From: an uncultured Thermoplasmata archaeon | GTDB lineage: Archaea; Thermoplasmatota; Thermoplasmata; UBA10834 | Reading direction: 5' to 3' | NCBI GenBank assembly: GCA_963705355.1 | Contig: OY970070.1 | Coordinates: forward strand, 1,906,960 to 1,970,959 | DNA length: 64,000 bases | Part shown: positions 27,535 to 36,093 of the stretch, in pieces | How the letters are laid out: the number at the start of each line of letters is the position of its first letter | Numbering within the stretch: position 1 is the stretch's first letter | Position numbers and translations under genes: made by a program | Notes under the pieces: model-generated | The model's input: the letters and a program-made list of their open reading frames with translations, nothing else | What the model was told of the DNA's origin: nothing | Databases searched by the model: none

Positions 27535-28317
27535 TCACTCGTACCGCTGGCAACGGTAGCAGAAGTATCTGTTGTACTCGGGGATGTATTTCAGCGATCC
27601 GCCGCATCTCGGGCAGGTCCTGCCAGGCATCGGCGGAGCCACAGGAGGCGTGACAGCGGTGGCAGCGACGGCCGAGCTCGAGCCCACATGCTGCACCATG
27701 CGCCTGCGTTCGGCCTCATCCTTCAGAGCTATCATCTGAAACGCTCCTCCGAAAACCATGACGGCCAAGATGCTCAACACGACCAACATCATCTGCTGAT
27801 CTGTCAGCAACAGCCCAAACCCGACGAGCAGCCCGCCCACGACGGCCGTCACGATGCCGATCGCCGCCTCGATGTAGACGAATGTGACGGCAAACGCGAT
27901 CACGCCGATCACGAGCGCGACGAGGGTGTTCGTCACGAGGAGGTCAGCTACCACGAAACCGAGCACGCCTGCAACGATGCCGATCCCGAGCCTCGCCAGG
28001 AAGATGAACAGCGCGCTCCCGACGATCGAAGCGAGAACCCCGACGATGAATCCCACGAGTATCCCGCCTATCGCAGTCCCGATGGCGAACCCGATCAGGC
28101 CCCCGATGATGGCGCCGATGAACGACATGACGCGCTTCCATATCCTACGGCCTGAGAATGCGAGGAACAGCCCGACTATCACCAGCAATACCGCGACAAT
28201 CAGCAACAGCTCCTTGTTCGTGCTCAGGTCCAGCCCCAATATGTCCTGTTGCGCCCTAGCGATCATCCTCGACAATATCGCCCAGAAGGACAATAAGCCT
28301 TTCCGGGCAGAACTCAA
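27535..28317 (-). CDS. polytopic membrane protein with C-terminal cytoplasmic zinc ribbon
   Basis: Multiple Gly-zipper TM helices. C-terminal CPRCGGSLKYIPEYNRYFCYRCQRYE. Confidence 0.5.
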   Translation of the reverse strand: MSSARKGLLSFWAILSRMIARAQQDILGLDLSTNKELLLIVAVLLVIVGLFLAFSGRRIWKRVMSFIGAIIGGLIGFAIGTAIGGILVGFIVGVLASIVGSALFIFLARLGIGIVAGVLGFVVADLLVTNTLVALVIGVIAFAVTFVYIEAAIGIVTAVVGGLLVGFGLLLTDQQMMLVVLSILAVMVFGGAFQMIALKDEAERRRMVQHVGSSSAVAATAVTPPVAPPMPGRTCPRCGGSLKYIPEYNRYFCYRCQRYE

Positions 28318-28340
28318 AACCTCTATCTACGCTCTGCCCC

Positions 28341-28991
28341 ATGCGAGGAAGGATGATATGCGGGGTCGATGAGGCGGGCAGAGGGCCGGTGATCGGCCCG
28401 ATGGTGGTCTGCGCGATCGCGGTCGACTCAGACGCCTCCCTCATCCGCCTCGGCGTCAAAGACTCAAAGAAGCTCGCGCCACATAAACGCGAAGAGCTCG
28501 CACCCAAGATACGCAAGCTGGCCCAGGTCGAACTCATCGAGGTGTCCGCGGAGGAGATCGACCTGAGAGGCTGCTCCCTGAACGAGCTCGAAGCGGATGT
28601 CTTTGCGAAGCTCATCGAACGGATCTCTCCGGACGTGGCATACGTCGATGCGGCAGATGTGAGCGAGGAGCAGTTCGCGAAAATGATCCAAACGAAGATG
28701 AAATGCAAACCGAGGATCGTCTCAGAGCACAAAGCGGACGACACCTACCCCGTCGTCATGGCGGCCTCGATCATCGCCAAAGTCACTAGGGACGCCCGCG
28801 TGAGAGAGATAGAGAAGGAACTCGGCGAGCCCATTGGCTCGGGCTACGCGCATGACGAGATCACCATAGCATTCCTTGAACGGTTCATAGCAGACCACAA
28901 GTGCTGCCCCCCGTACACCCGCAAGTCCTGGGAGACAGCCAAAAACCTAATGATGTTGAACTCTTTGCGGAAGCTCGATACATTCAAGTGA
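28341..28991 (+). CDS. rnhB: ribonuclease HII
   Basis: N-terminal ICGVDEAGRGPVIGPMVVCAIAV (DEAGRG catalytic motif). Length 216 aa. Confidence 0.9.
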   Translation: MRGRMICGVDEAGRGPVIGPMVVCAIAVDSDASLIRLGVKDSKKLAPHKREELAPKIRKLAQVELIEVSAEEIDLRGCSLNELEADVFAKLIERISPDVAYVDAADVSEEQFAKMIQTKMKCKPRIVSEHKADDTYPVVMAASIIAKVTRDARVREIEKELGEPIGSGYAHDEITIAFLERFIADHKCCPPYTRKSWETAKNLMMLNSLRKLDTFK

Positions 28992-28995
28992 TCAA

Positions 28996-29328
28996 ATGGT
29001 CGAAGAGCTCCTGAAAGAGACCATCGCGAGGTTCAACAAGAAGGCGGCCGAGGACCCCAACTTGCGGGCGGAACTCCAGAACATCAAGAAGACGATTCAG
29101 ATAGAGGTCACTGACGGGCAGCTGTACCACTTCGTCCTCGAGAACGCGCACGTGGGCGAGCTGAACAAAGGTCCGGCGCAGAATCCGGACATCAGGATCA
29201 TCGCGAGCAAGGAGACGATTCATCAGCTGAGGAGCGGGGAACTGAGAGTCATGAAAGCCTATGCAACCAGAAGACTCCAGGTGAAGGGTTCGATAGAGGA
29301 TTTGCTCAGGCTCAGGAAGTTCTTTTGA
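28996..29328 (+). CDS. SCP2 sterol-carrier-like domain protein
   Basis: 110 aa. SCP-2-like pattern (KKTIQIEVTDGQLYHFVLENAHV...RLQVKGSIEDLLRL). Confidence 0.65.
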   Translation: MVEELLKETIARFNKKAAEDPNLRAELQNIKKTIQIEVTDGQLYHFVLENAHVGELNKGPAQNPDIRIIASKETIHQLRSGELRVMKAYATRRLQVKGSIEDLLRLRKFF

Positions 29329-29389
29329 AACGATTCACCGCTCTGTCACACGGATACTTTTAACTACACAATCATCGTTAGTCGGAAAC

Positions 29390-29464
29390 AGCGGGGTGGG
29401 GTAGCTTGGAAATCCCATCAGGCTCATAACCTGAAGATCGCTAGTTCAAATCTAGCCCCCGCTA
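29390..29464 (+). tRNA. tRNA-Met (CAT), initiator-like (A1:U72), no encoded CCA
   Basis: Acceptor AGCGGGG/CCCCGCT with an A1-U72 pair as in archaeal initiators. Anticodon stem TCAGG/CCTGA, loop CTCATAA. T arm GCTAG-TTCAAAT-CTAGC. Discriminator A. Confidence 0.85.
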
Positions 29465-29493
29465 ATTAGAGCTTTTATATAATAATGTCCGAA

Positions 29494-30663
29494 TTATATA
29501 TTGCCAGATTGCAGAATGAGTCTCTTTCTTTCTTGGATCACCAGCGCCAATCCAACCAGTCTTCTTGCATCATGAGAACAGAATCTCAACTCCCAAATGC
29601 AACTCCAGAATCCGTCATTCTTCAGGGCAAGTCTGGAGACTCCGCAATTCGGTGCCATTCCGAGTCTTGTGAACAGAAGCCTGACGTCATCCAGGATTTC
29701 ACTCCTGCAGGACGAGGCACAGTAGTCATGGACTGACACTCCGAAGACCGTCGAGTCCCTGAGGGTGCCTTTCGATATGCGCCTTGGATCTTTCTCGGTT
29801 GGAGGGGAGGGCAGGATTCCAAGATCAAGGTGTGTGTGTCTGGACTGGGCGATCACGAATGATTTGTTTCCTGTCGAGTGCAATCCGCTGGCGCTCCCTT
29901 CGCCATCGCACCAGGGCTGGAGCGCAGCGATCCATGTCAGCCTATCGTTGGATTTCATGACCCAGGTTGGCAGATGAAGCTCCCTTGCGGACTTGTCGCC
30001 GGGCAAGACTCCGTTCTCAATGAGCCATTCGGCAACGAACCTTGAATAGATGAATCCTCTGATTGCGGCTGCCCCATTCCCCGGCTTCTGTGGGGGCCCA
30101 ATGTCATGAAGGAAGACGTCCCTGCACAGCGACCTAAAGTGATCATATAAATCAGTCTCGTGCGCGGCGAATGTGACATTGACCGCGCATTCTCCCCATT
30201 TCTGCTTCTGGAGCCACACAGACCCTTCGGCCAAGACGTATGAGACGATAGCCGCTGCCTTCCTTCTGAGGTCGTCATCTTTCTCCAGCTCATCTTTGGT
30301 CGGCAGCCTCAACTTGTCCCGGCACATCTCACGAAAAACGCTGATTGCATGCTCGTTCGCCCAGGTCCTATCCTTGGTTATCCCTTTGCCCGTGATTCTC
30401 TCCCCAAGGTCTTTGTCTCCTGCAATCTGGAGCATCTGGTTGAGTATGGAAATCGGCATCGTGAGTCTCCCGATTCGATAGTAGTATACGGACGATTTCG
30501 GCATGTTCAGGTGCTTGGCCAGCTCTTGGCAGTTGCCGAATTTCGCTGCGGCCTTTTCGACCAGTTCCTTCTGCAGTTCCTGTGGCAGTGCGATTCTGTC
30601 CTCTTTTCTGTACGCGCCTCTGGTGCCTCGTGTTGTCATGGTATCCAGAGGGTTGATTCTCAC
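29494..30663 (-). CDS. HTH-containing protein with two LAGLIDADG-like motifs (homing-endonuclease-like, free-standing)
   Basis: Motif 1 IVSYVLAEGSVWL and motif 2 WIAALQPWCDGEGSASG, each retaining the terminal acidic residue. N-terminal HTH-like segment (FGNCQELAKHLNMPKSSVYYYRIG). Its 3' end lies 30 nt from the tRNA-Met 3' end. Confidence 0.55.
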   Translation of the reverse strand: MRINPLDTMTTRGTRGAYRKEDRIALPQELQKELVEKAAAKFGNCQELAKHLNMPKSSVYYYRIGRLTMPISILNQMLQIAGDKDLGERITGKGITKDRTWANEHAISVFREMCRDKLRLPTKDELEKDDDLRRKAAAIVSYVLAEGSVWLQKQKWGECAVNVTFAAHETDLYDHFRSLCRDVFLHDIGPPQKPGNGAAAIRGFIYSRFVAEWLIENGVLPGDKSARELHLPTWVMKSNDRLTWIAALQPWCDGEGSASGLHSTGNKSFVIAQSRHTHLDLGILPSPPTEKDPRRISKGTLRDSTVFGVSVHDYCASSCRSEILDDVRLLFTRLGMAPNCGVSRLALKNDGFWSCIWELRFCSHDARRLVGLALVIQERKRLILQSGNI

Positions 30664-30705
30664 ATAGCCAGATAGTAGCCAGCACTACCTGCAGGCTACA
30701 TCCAG

Positions 30706-31026
30706 ATGTTTGGAAAACAGGCTCCGCTCGGGCCCATCAATAGAAATTCTGATATAGCGGATAAGACACATACGAGGCCCGTGACTTTTCACCAGACATG
30801 CAAGGATGTCAAGAAGGTGCGGCAGCTGTGTCCTGTCTGTCTATTTTGGGATCCGCGTCCCGAGGAGGGGTCTGGCCCGGGTTTCGGGTACTGCGAGAAG
30901 AAGGACTTGATGACTCGGATCAGGTGCGAGTGCGATGTGTTTGAGGAGGCCACGCAGATGAAGGTCGAGGCCCGCAACAGGAAGATCTATGGTCAGATCA
31001 ACGAGGAAGGCGAAGAGGAGGATTGA
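30706..31026 (+). CDS. hypothetical Cys-rich small protein
   Basis: 106 aa with CPVC...YCEK...RCEC and an acidic C-terminus. Weak support. Confidence 0.3.
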   Translation: MFGKQAPLGPINRNSDIADKTHTRPVTFHQTCKDVKKVRQLCPVCLFWDPRPEEGSGPGFGYCEKKDLMTRIRCECDVFEEATQMKVEARNRKIYGQINEEGEEED

Positions 31027-31094
31027 TTGCTGGCCTGTGGTGCGCAACCATTAAGTGGCGGCACTCATGTAGGTTTTTGTCCGGTGGGTTTCTG

Positions 31095-32285
31095 ATGAAG
31101 GCGGTAGTGCTGGCTGCGGGGGAAGGCATGAGGCTTCGGCCGCTGACGGTGTCTGAGCCGAAGGTCATGATCCCGATTGCCAACCGGCCGATATTGGAGT
31201 ACGTTGTCGATTCTCTCGTGAAGAACGATGTTCACGAGATCATCATGGTCGTGGGCTATCGCAAGGAGCGGATAATGTCCCACTTCGAGGACGGGAAGAA
31301 GTTCGGTGCGAAGATCGAGTATGTCGTGCAGGAGAAGCAGCTGGGGAACGGGCATGCGCTTTCCTGCGCGAAGGACCGGCTGTCCGGGGAGTTTCTCGTG
31401 CTTCCAGGGGACAATGTGATTGACAGGCGCGCGGTCAGCGACCTTCTTAGGGCTAGAGCATGTCCAAGCGCGCTCGTTGTCGAGAGCGAGAACCCGTCGA
31501 AGTACGGCGTTGTGACGCTCGAGAAGGGCGCGATCAAGGGGGTTTACGAGAAGCCGACCGAGATGATATCCAACATCATCCTCACGGGCATGTACTGCCT
31601 GAGCGACAGGATATTCCAGTTCGTCGACCAGTGCATTTCCATGGGCGAATATGGCCTCAGCAACGCGGTCCAGGCCAGCTTGGGGTACGATCCTCTGACA
31701 CCTGTGTTCTCGGACGGTCTGTGGATTGACGCGGTGTATCCTTGGGATTTGCTAGAGCTGAACGCGGCCGCGCTCGAGAACCTGCCCGTGCGCACCGCCG
31801 GCAAGATAGAGTCTCAGGTCGTGATCCAGGGACCCGTCGGCATCGGCGAGGAGACGGTGATCAGGGCGGGCACGACGATCTACGGGCCTGTGCTCATAGG
31901 CGACGGTTGCGACATCGGGCCCAATGTGACGATCTTTCCGTCCACTAGCATCGGGAACAGCGTCACGGTCGAGCCTTACACGGTCGTCAAGAACAGCATA
32001 CTGATGAGCAACTGCAGCATCGGAGCGCACTCGTACCTGTCTCACTGCGTGCTCGGATATGGCGTGAAGTCGCAGTCTCACCTGATGGGCGCTGGCGCCG
32101 AGGCCTACGTCAATATCGGGGACGAGTTCTTCAAGGTCCCCCACATAGGATCGATAATGGGCGAGGACACTGCATTCGGCACGGGCGTCTCCGTCGAGCC
32201 TGGGACGATCGTCGGTGCTGGATGCAAGATATCGAGCGGGTCGAAGATCATCAGGAACCTGCCGAACAGGTCGCTCGTCACCTAG
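31095..32285 (+). CDS. glmU: bifunctional sugar-1-phosphate nucleotidylyltransferase/acetyltransferase (archaeal GlmU-like)
   Basis: N-terminal MKAVVLAAGEGMRLRPLT (NTP-transferase G-loop). C-terminal left-handed beta-helix hexapeptide repeats. It sits immediately upstream of glmS. Confidence 0.8.
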   Translation: MKAVVLAAGEGMRLRPLTVSEPKVMIPIANRPILEYVVDSLVKNDVHEIIMVVGYRKERIMSHFEDGKKFGAKIEYVVQEKQLGNGHALSCAKDRLSGEFLVLPGDNVIDRRAVSDLLRARACPSALVVESENPSKYGVVTLEKGAIKGVYEKPTEMISNIILTGMYCLSDRIFQFVDQCISMGEYGLSNAVQASLGYDPLTPVFSDGLWIDAVYPWDLLELNAAALENLPVRTAGKIESQVVIQGPVGIGEETVIRAGTTIYGPVLIGDGCDIGPNVTIFPSTSIGNSVTVEPYTVVKNSILMSNCSIGAHSYLSHCVLGYGVKSQSHLMGAGAEAYVNIGDEFFKVPHIGSIMGEDTAFGTGVSVEPGTIVGAGCKISSGSKIIRNLPNRSLVT

Positions 32286-32297
32286 AGGTCATTTCGA

Positions 32298-34088
32298 ATG
32301 TGTGGCATAGTTGGTTACGCGGGGTGGCGCGATGCGCAGCCCATACTCTTGGATTGCCTGAAGCGGCTGGAGTACAGAGGGTACGATTCGGCTGGGCTGG
32401 CGGTCGTTGGAGACCAGCTCCAGCTGTTCAAGAGCAAGGGCGAGATCGCGGTGCTCGAGGCCGAGATGCCCGTGATGAAGGGCGTCGTGGGGATCGCGCA
32501 CACGAGGTGGGCCACGCAGGGTAAACCGACCACGGAGAACGCGCACCCCCTCGCCGACTGCTCGAACAGGCTGGCCGTCGCTCATAACGGCATCATCAGC
32601 AACTTCATGGATGTGCGTGAGGAGCTGCAGAAGAGCGGCCACAACTTCACATCGGACACCGACACCGAGGTGTTCGCGCACTTGGTGGAGTCGGAGTTCA
32701 AGGATGACCTCGTGAAGGCCGTGCGGAAAGCGCTCGAAAAGGTCGACGGGACGTATGCTTTCGCAGTCGTCTGCGCGGGGTGTGACCAAGTCGTCGCAAC
32801 GAGGCGCGAGAGCCCGCTCGTGGTCGGGCTGGGCGAGGGCGAGAACTTCATCGCCAGCGATGTCACCGCTCTGCTGAAGTACACCAACCGGATGATCTAC
32901 ATCCACGACGGCGAGGTCGTCAGCATCACGAAAGATTCGGTGAGAATAATAGATAGTCAAGGCAACGAGGTCCAAAGGGAGCCAGAGAAGATCACCTGGA
33001 GCCTCGAGGACGCCGAGAAGGGCGGATACCCGCACTTCATGCTCAAGGAGATCTTCGAGCAGCCCGATGCGATCCATGATTCGCTGCTTGGCAGGATCGA
33101 GTCGGTCGAGCCGGAGCCGTTCTTGCAGGGCGACCACTTCTCGAGCGTGAAGATAGTCGCGTGCGGAACATCCTATCATGCTGGCCTCGTCGGCAAGTAC
33201 ATCATCGAGGAGCTTGCGCGGATCCCGACGACTGTCCAGATATCTTCCGAGTACAGGTATTCGTCCGTTTCGAGGGAGAATCCGCTTGTCGTGTTGATCA
33301 CTCAGAGCGGTGAGACCGCAGACACCCTCGGGGCGGCGAGGGAGGCCAAGAAGCGCGGCAACAAGACGCTTGGCATCGCGAATGTGGTCGGGTCTGCGAT
33401 CACCAGGGAGGTGGACCGTACCATTTACACTCGAGCTGGGCCCGAGATCGGCGTCGCGGCGACCAAGACCTTCGTGACCCAGCTCGTTGCGCTGTATCTT
33501 CTGGCCATGGAGCTCGGGATCGAGAACAGGTCATTGACCGCGCAGGCGAGGAGGTCCATGATTGGGATACTGAGGAACCTGCCCAGGTCGGTGCAGGACG
33601 TGCTGAACCAGGCCTCGGAGATCGAGGCGCTGGCAAACAAGTACGCCTCGGCCCGAGACATGTTCTTCATCGGCAGGAGCATAAACTATCCGACAGCCCT
33701 CGAGGGCGCTCTAAAGACAAAGGAGATCTCGTATATCCACGGAGAGGGGTTCCCCGCGGGCGAGCTGAAGCATGGACCGCTGGCTCTGATCTCGAAGGAC
33801 TCCCCAGTGGTGGCTGTCGCCATCAGGGACCACACGTACGAGAAGATGCTTGGGAACATTAGCGAGGTCTCCGCTAGGGGAAGTCCCGTTATTGCGATAG
33901 GTTTCGAGGGAGACACGGAGCTCCCGAGGTACGTGGACGACGCCATCTGGATAAGGGAGATTCCGCCCGTGTTCTCGCCCGTGCCTGTGATCGTCGTGTT
34001 GCAGCTATGGGCATATTACTTAGCCAAGGCGCGTGGGTGCCCGATCGACAAGCCAAGGAACATCGCTAAGACGGTGACGGTGGAGTAG
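32298..34088 (+). CDS. glmS: glutamine--fructose-6-phosphate aminotransferase (isomerising)
   Basis: N-terminal MCGIVGY (Ntn Cys). Two SIS domains. C-terminal ...PRNIAKTVTVE. 596 aa. Confidence 0.9.
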   Translation: MCGIVGYAGWRDAQPILLDCLKRLEYRGYDSAGLAVVGDQLQLFKSKGEIAVLEAEMPVMKGVVGIAHTRWATQGKPTTENAHPLADCSNRLAVAHNGIISNFMDVREELQKSGHNFTSDTDTEVFAHLVESEFKDDLVKAVRKALEKVDGTYAFAVVCAGCDQVVATRRESPLVVGLGEGENFIASDVTALLKYTNRMIYIHDGEVVSITKDSVRIIDSQGNEVQREPEKITWSLEDAEKGGYPHFMLKEIFEQPDAIHDSLLGRIESVEPEPFLQGDHFSSVKIVACGTSYHAGLVGKYIIEELARIPTTVQISSEYRYSSVSRENPLVVLITQSGETADTLGAAREAKKRGNKTLGIANVVGSAITREVDRTIYTRAGPEIGVAATKTFVTQLVALYLLAMELGIENRSLTAQARRSMIGILRNLPRSVQDVLNQASEIEALANKYASARDMFFIGRSINYPTALEGALKTKEISYIHGEGFPAGELKHGPLALISKDSPVVAVAIRDHTYEKMLGNISEVSARGSPVIAIGFEGDTELPRYVDDAIWIREIPPVFSPVPVIVVLQLWAYYLAKARGCPIDKPRNIAKTVTVE

Positions 34089-34092
34089 CAGC

Positions 34093-35109
34093 TCACGCGA
34101 GCCTTTCCGGGCACGCTTCTCTTCGGGAGCAGTTCCTGCACTTGCCCGGCCTCTCATGGTTCCTGTGCGCGTTCCCAGTCTCCATGGTCTTCCGCATCTC
34201 ACCCAGCTTCTCCAGGAGCACTTTCTTGAGATCCTCATTGAACTCGATCTCGTGCTCGTGCTCCGGATACCTGATGATTCCGTAAGGCGGAGCCTTGCCC
34301 GTGCTCTCCTCGATAAGCAGAGAGTACGCCGCGACCTGAAGGATGTGCGAGAACAACGGCCCTCGCGGAGTCCTGCCGGTCTTAACCTCGACAGGGATCA
34401 GGTTCTGGTTTGCCTTGATCACGTAGTCCGGTCTTCCCGATAGACCGTACTTCTCGGACTTGAAGACCTTCGATTCGCCCATGTCGATATACTCTATCTT
34501 CCCTCGGACACTGTATTCTTTCTTCAGGGACTCGACGATGCCGGTAGATCTCAGAGTCCTGTACATGAAAAACGACGCCCCCACCAGCCATATGATCGCA
34601 GTCGCCTCCAGCGCCTCAGCAAGCCTGACATCTGTTATCAGGAACGCGACGGCGTTGACGGCGATGAGCACTGCTATGATCGCGAAAGTGAGAATGAGTT
34701 TCTCGTAGTTCACAACGCTGCTGTGAATTGTCGACTTCGTTGCCCTGTACAAGAAGTAAGTTGCTGCGAGCATCCAGATTAGCGCAACCACACCGAGCAC
34801 TTGACTGAGGGTCAGCGAGTTCTTCGTGGGAAGAACATCCAGCCCGACAATGGAGATGAGGGTGGCCACGACTGCCCACCAGAAAACAAGCCTCTCCGAC
34901 TCCCGGGCGGTCTTCTCGCCCGAGTCGATCTTCCAAAGGGATTTGCCGAGCTTTTCGTGACCCTTGATTCCCTCCGCGAGCTCCTGGGTCTCCCCTTCGA
35001 AATCCTGGCTCAGCCACCAGCTCAGGGGGCAATAGCTGTACTTCTCGAGATCCCCGGCCGAGATGAACTTGCTCGGGCCACGCGCCATGCGTGAAATTAC
35101 AATTGTCAA
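34093..35109 (-). CDS. Cas4-like PD-(D/E)XK nuclease with Fe-S Cys cluster, interrupted by about 4 TM helices (membrane-embedded)
   Basis: N-terminal YCPLSWW (Cas4/DUF83 first Cys). Core GRPDYVI, PVEVKTG (ExK), HILQVAAYSLL (QxxxY), PPYGIIRY. C-terminal CRNCSRREAC. Four hydrophobic helices lie between the N-terminal Cys and the nuclease core. Confidence 0.55.
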   Translation of the reverse strand: MTIVISRMARGPSKFISAGDLEKYSYCPLSWWLSQDFEGETQELAEGIKGHEKLGKSLWKIDSGEKTARESERLVFWWAVVATLISIVGLDVLPTKNSLTLSQVLGVVALIWMLAATYFLYRATKSTIHSSVVNYEKLILTFAIIAVLIAVNAVAFLITDVRLAEALEATAIIWLVGASFFMYRTLRSTGIVESLKKEYSVRGKIEYIDMGESKVFKSEKYGLSGRPDYVIKANQNLIPVEVKTGRTPRGPLFSHILQVAAYSLLIEESTGKAPPYGIIRYPEHEHEIEFNEDLKKVLLEKLGEMRKTMETGNAHRNHERPGKCRNCSRREACPERLA

Positions 35110-35112
35110 GAG

Positions 35113-35928
35113 TTAATAATGTTTGCCAGGCACGTGGTCCCGTTTGCGGTCGTCGAAGAATGTGCCTGGTAGGAGCATGACGCCTTCGGGTGGCTCTATC
35201 CCTTCGACGAACCCGAACCAGTACACGACGGCTCCCGTGCCGAACATCTCCGTGTAGGGCTTCAGCTGCCTGCGAACATTCTTGCGCAGCTCTATGTCGT
35301 CCCCGAACGAGGCCTTCGACTCGATCCAATGAATCTTCATCCCATCGATCTGGATTGGCTTGTCCAGGAGGCAGTCCGGAGTTTTCTTGTGGGTGTTCCT
35401 GAGGTCGATCTCGGTCCTGTACTTCAGCTGTCTCGCGTCCAACCAGTCTTGGAGCTTCTTCTCACCCCAGACGCCTCTCTCGGTCTGGATCTGAGCCCCT
35501 CTGGGGGAGTAGATCATGTCCTCCTCGGCGATCTGTATTAGCTCCTTTCTTAAACGCCTGTCATGGCACGAGTCCGGGTCTCTGATGTACTTCCAGAACT
35601 GCTTCCTGGGGAGCCCGATTTCCGAGCCCAACATAAGCCCGAGGAGCACCGGAGGGAAGTTGATCATCCTGGCAATCTTGGCCATCGAGGTGTCTCTTCG
35701 CCATTCTCTCGCGATCTTCTTGATGTCCTTCTTGACGATGTAGAACCTTCGCGTCGCATCCCTGACGGTCCTTTGAGTGTAGAGGACCAGGAGGAATTCG
35801 CGGTCCACGCCTAGCTTCTGCGCGAGATGATCTATGTCAGAGGGTTTCTTCAGCTGAGAATATATGTTCTTGTAGTCTTCGTACTTCATCAGTTCACAGT
35901 CCAGCAAGCTGCTGAACGAAATGTTCAA
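35113..35928 (-). CDS. TPD-motif / CDIN1 (C15orf41)-like putative PD-(D/E)XK nuclease with N-terminal helical (HTH-like) region
   Basis: KKTPDCLLD...IQIDG...HWIESKAS matches the D...D...ExK arrangement and the Pfam 'TPD' motif family. It lies 3 nt upstream of the Cas4-like gene. Confidence 0.45.
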   Translation of the reverse strand: MNISFSSLLDCELMKYEDYKNIYSQLKKPSDIDHLAQKLGVDREFLLVLYTQRTVRDATRRFYIVKKDIKKIAREWRRDTSMAKIARMINFPPVLLGLMLGSEIGLPRKQFWKYIRDPDSCHDRRLRKELIQIAEEDMIYSPRGAQIQTERGVWGEKKLQDWLDARQLKYRTEIDLRNTHKKTPDCLLDKPIQIDGMKIHWIESKASFGDDIELRKNVRRQLKPYTEMFGTGAVVYWFGFVEGIEPPEGVMLLPGTFFDDRKRDHVPGKHY

Positions 35929-36093
35929 TATGCTTGATTCTGAGGCTGCGTTATAGTCTCACTCTACTTATGCCTTTGCGGAATACCATTATATTCTCCC
36001 AGTTCTCAAGCACCGCAAGCCTGCCTGCACAACCTTGAAATGGACATAAGTCATGGGCGTTGATGCGACGCGAGGTTTTTGAGGGGTGTTTGA

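Noticed and set aside
32289-33179. 296-aa minus-strand ORF
   Set aside because: It is antisense to glmS.
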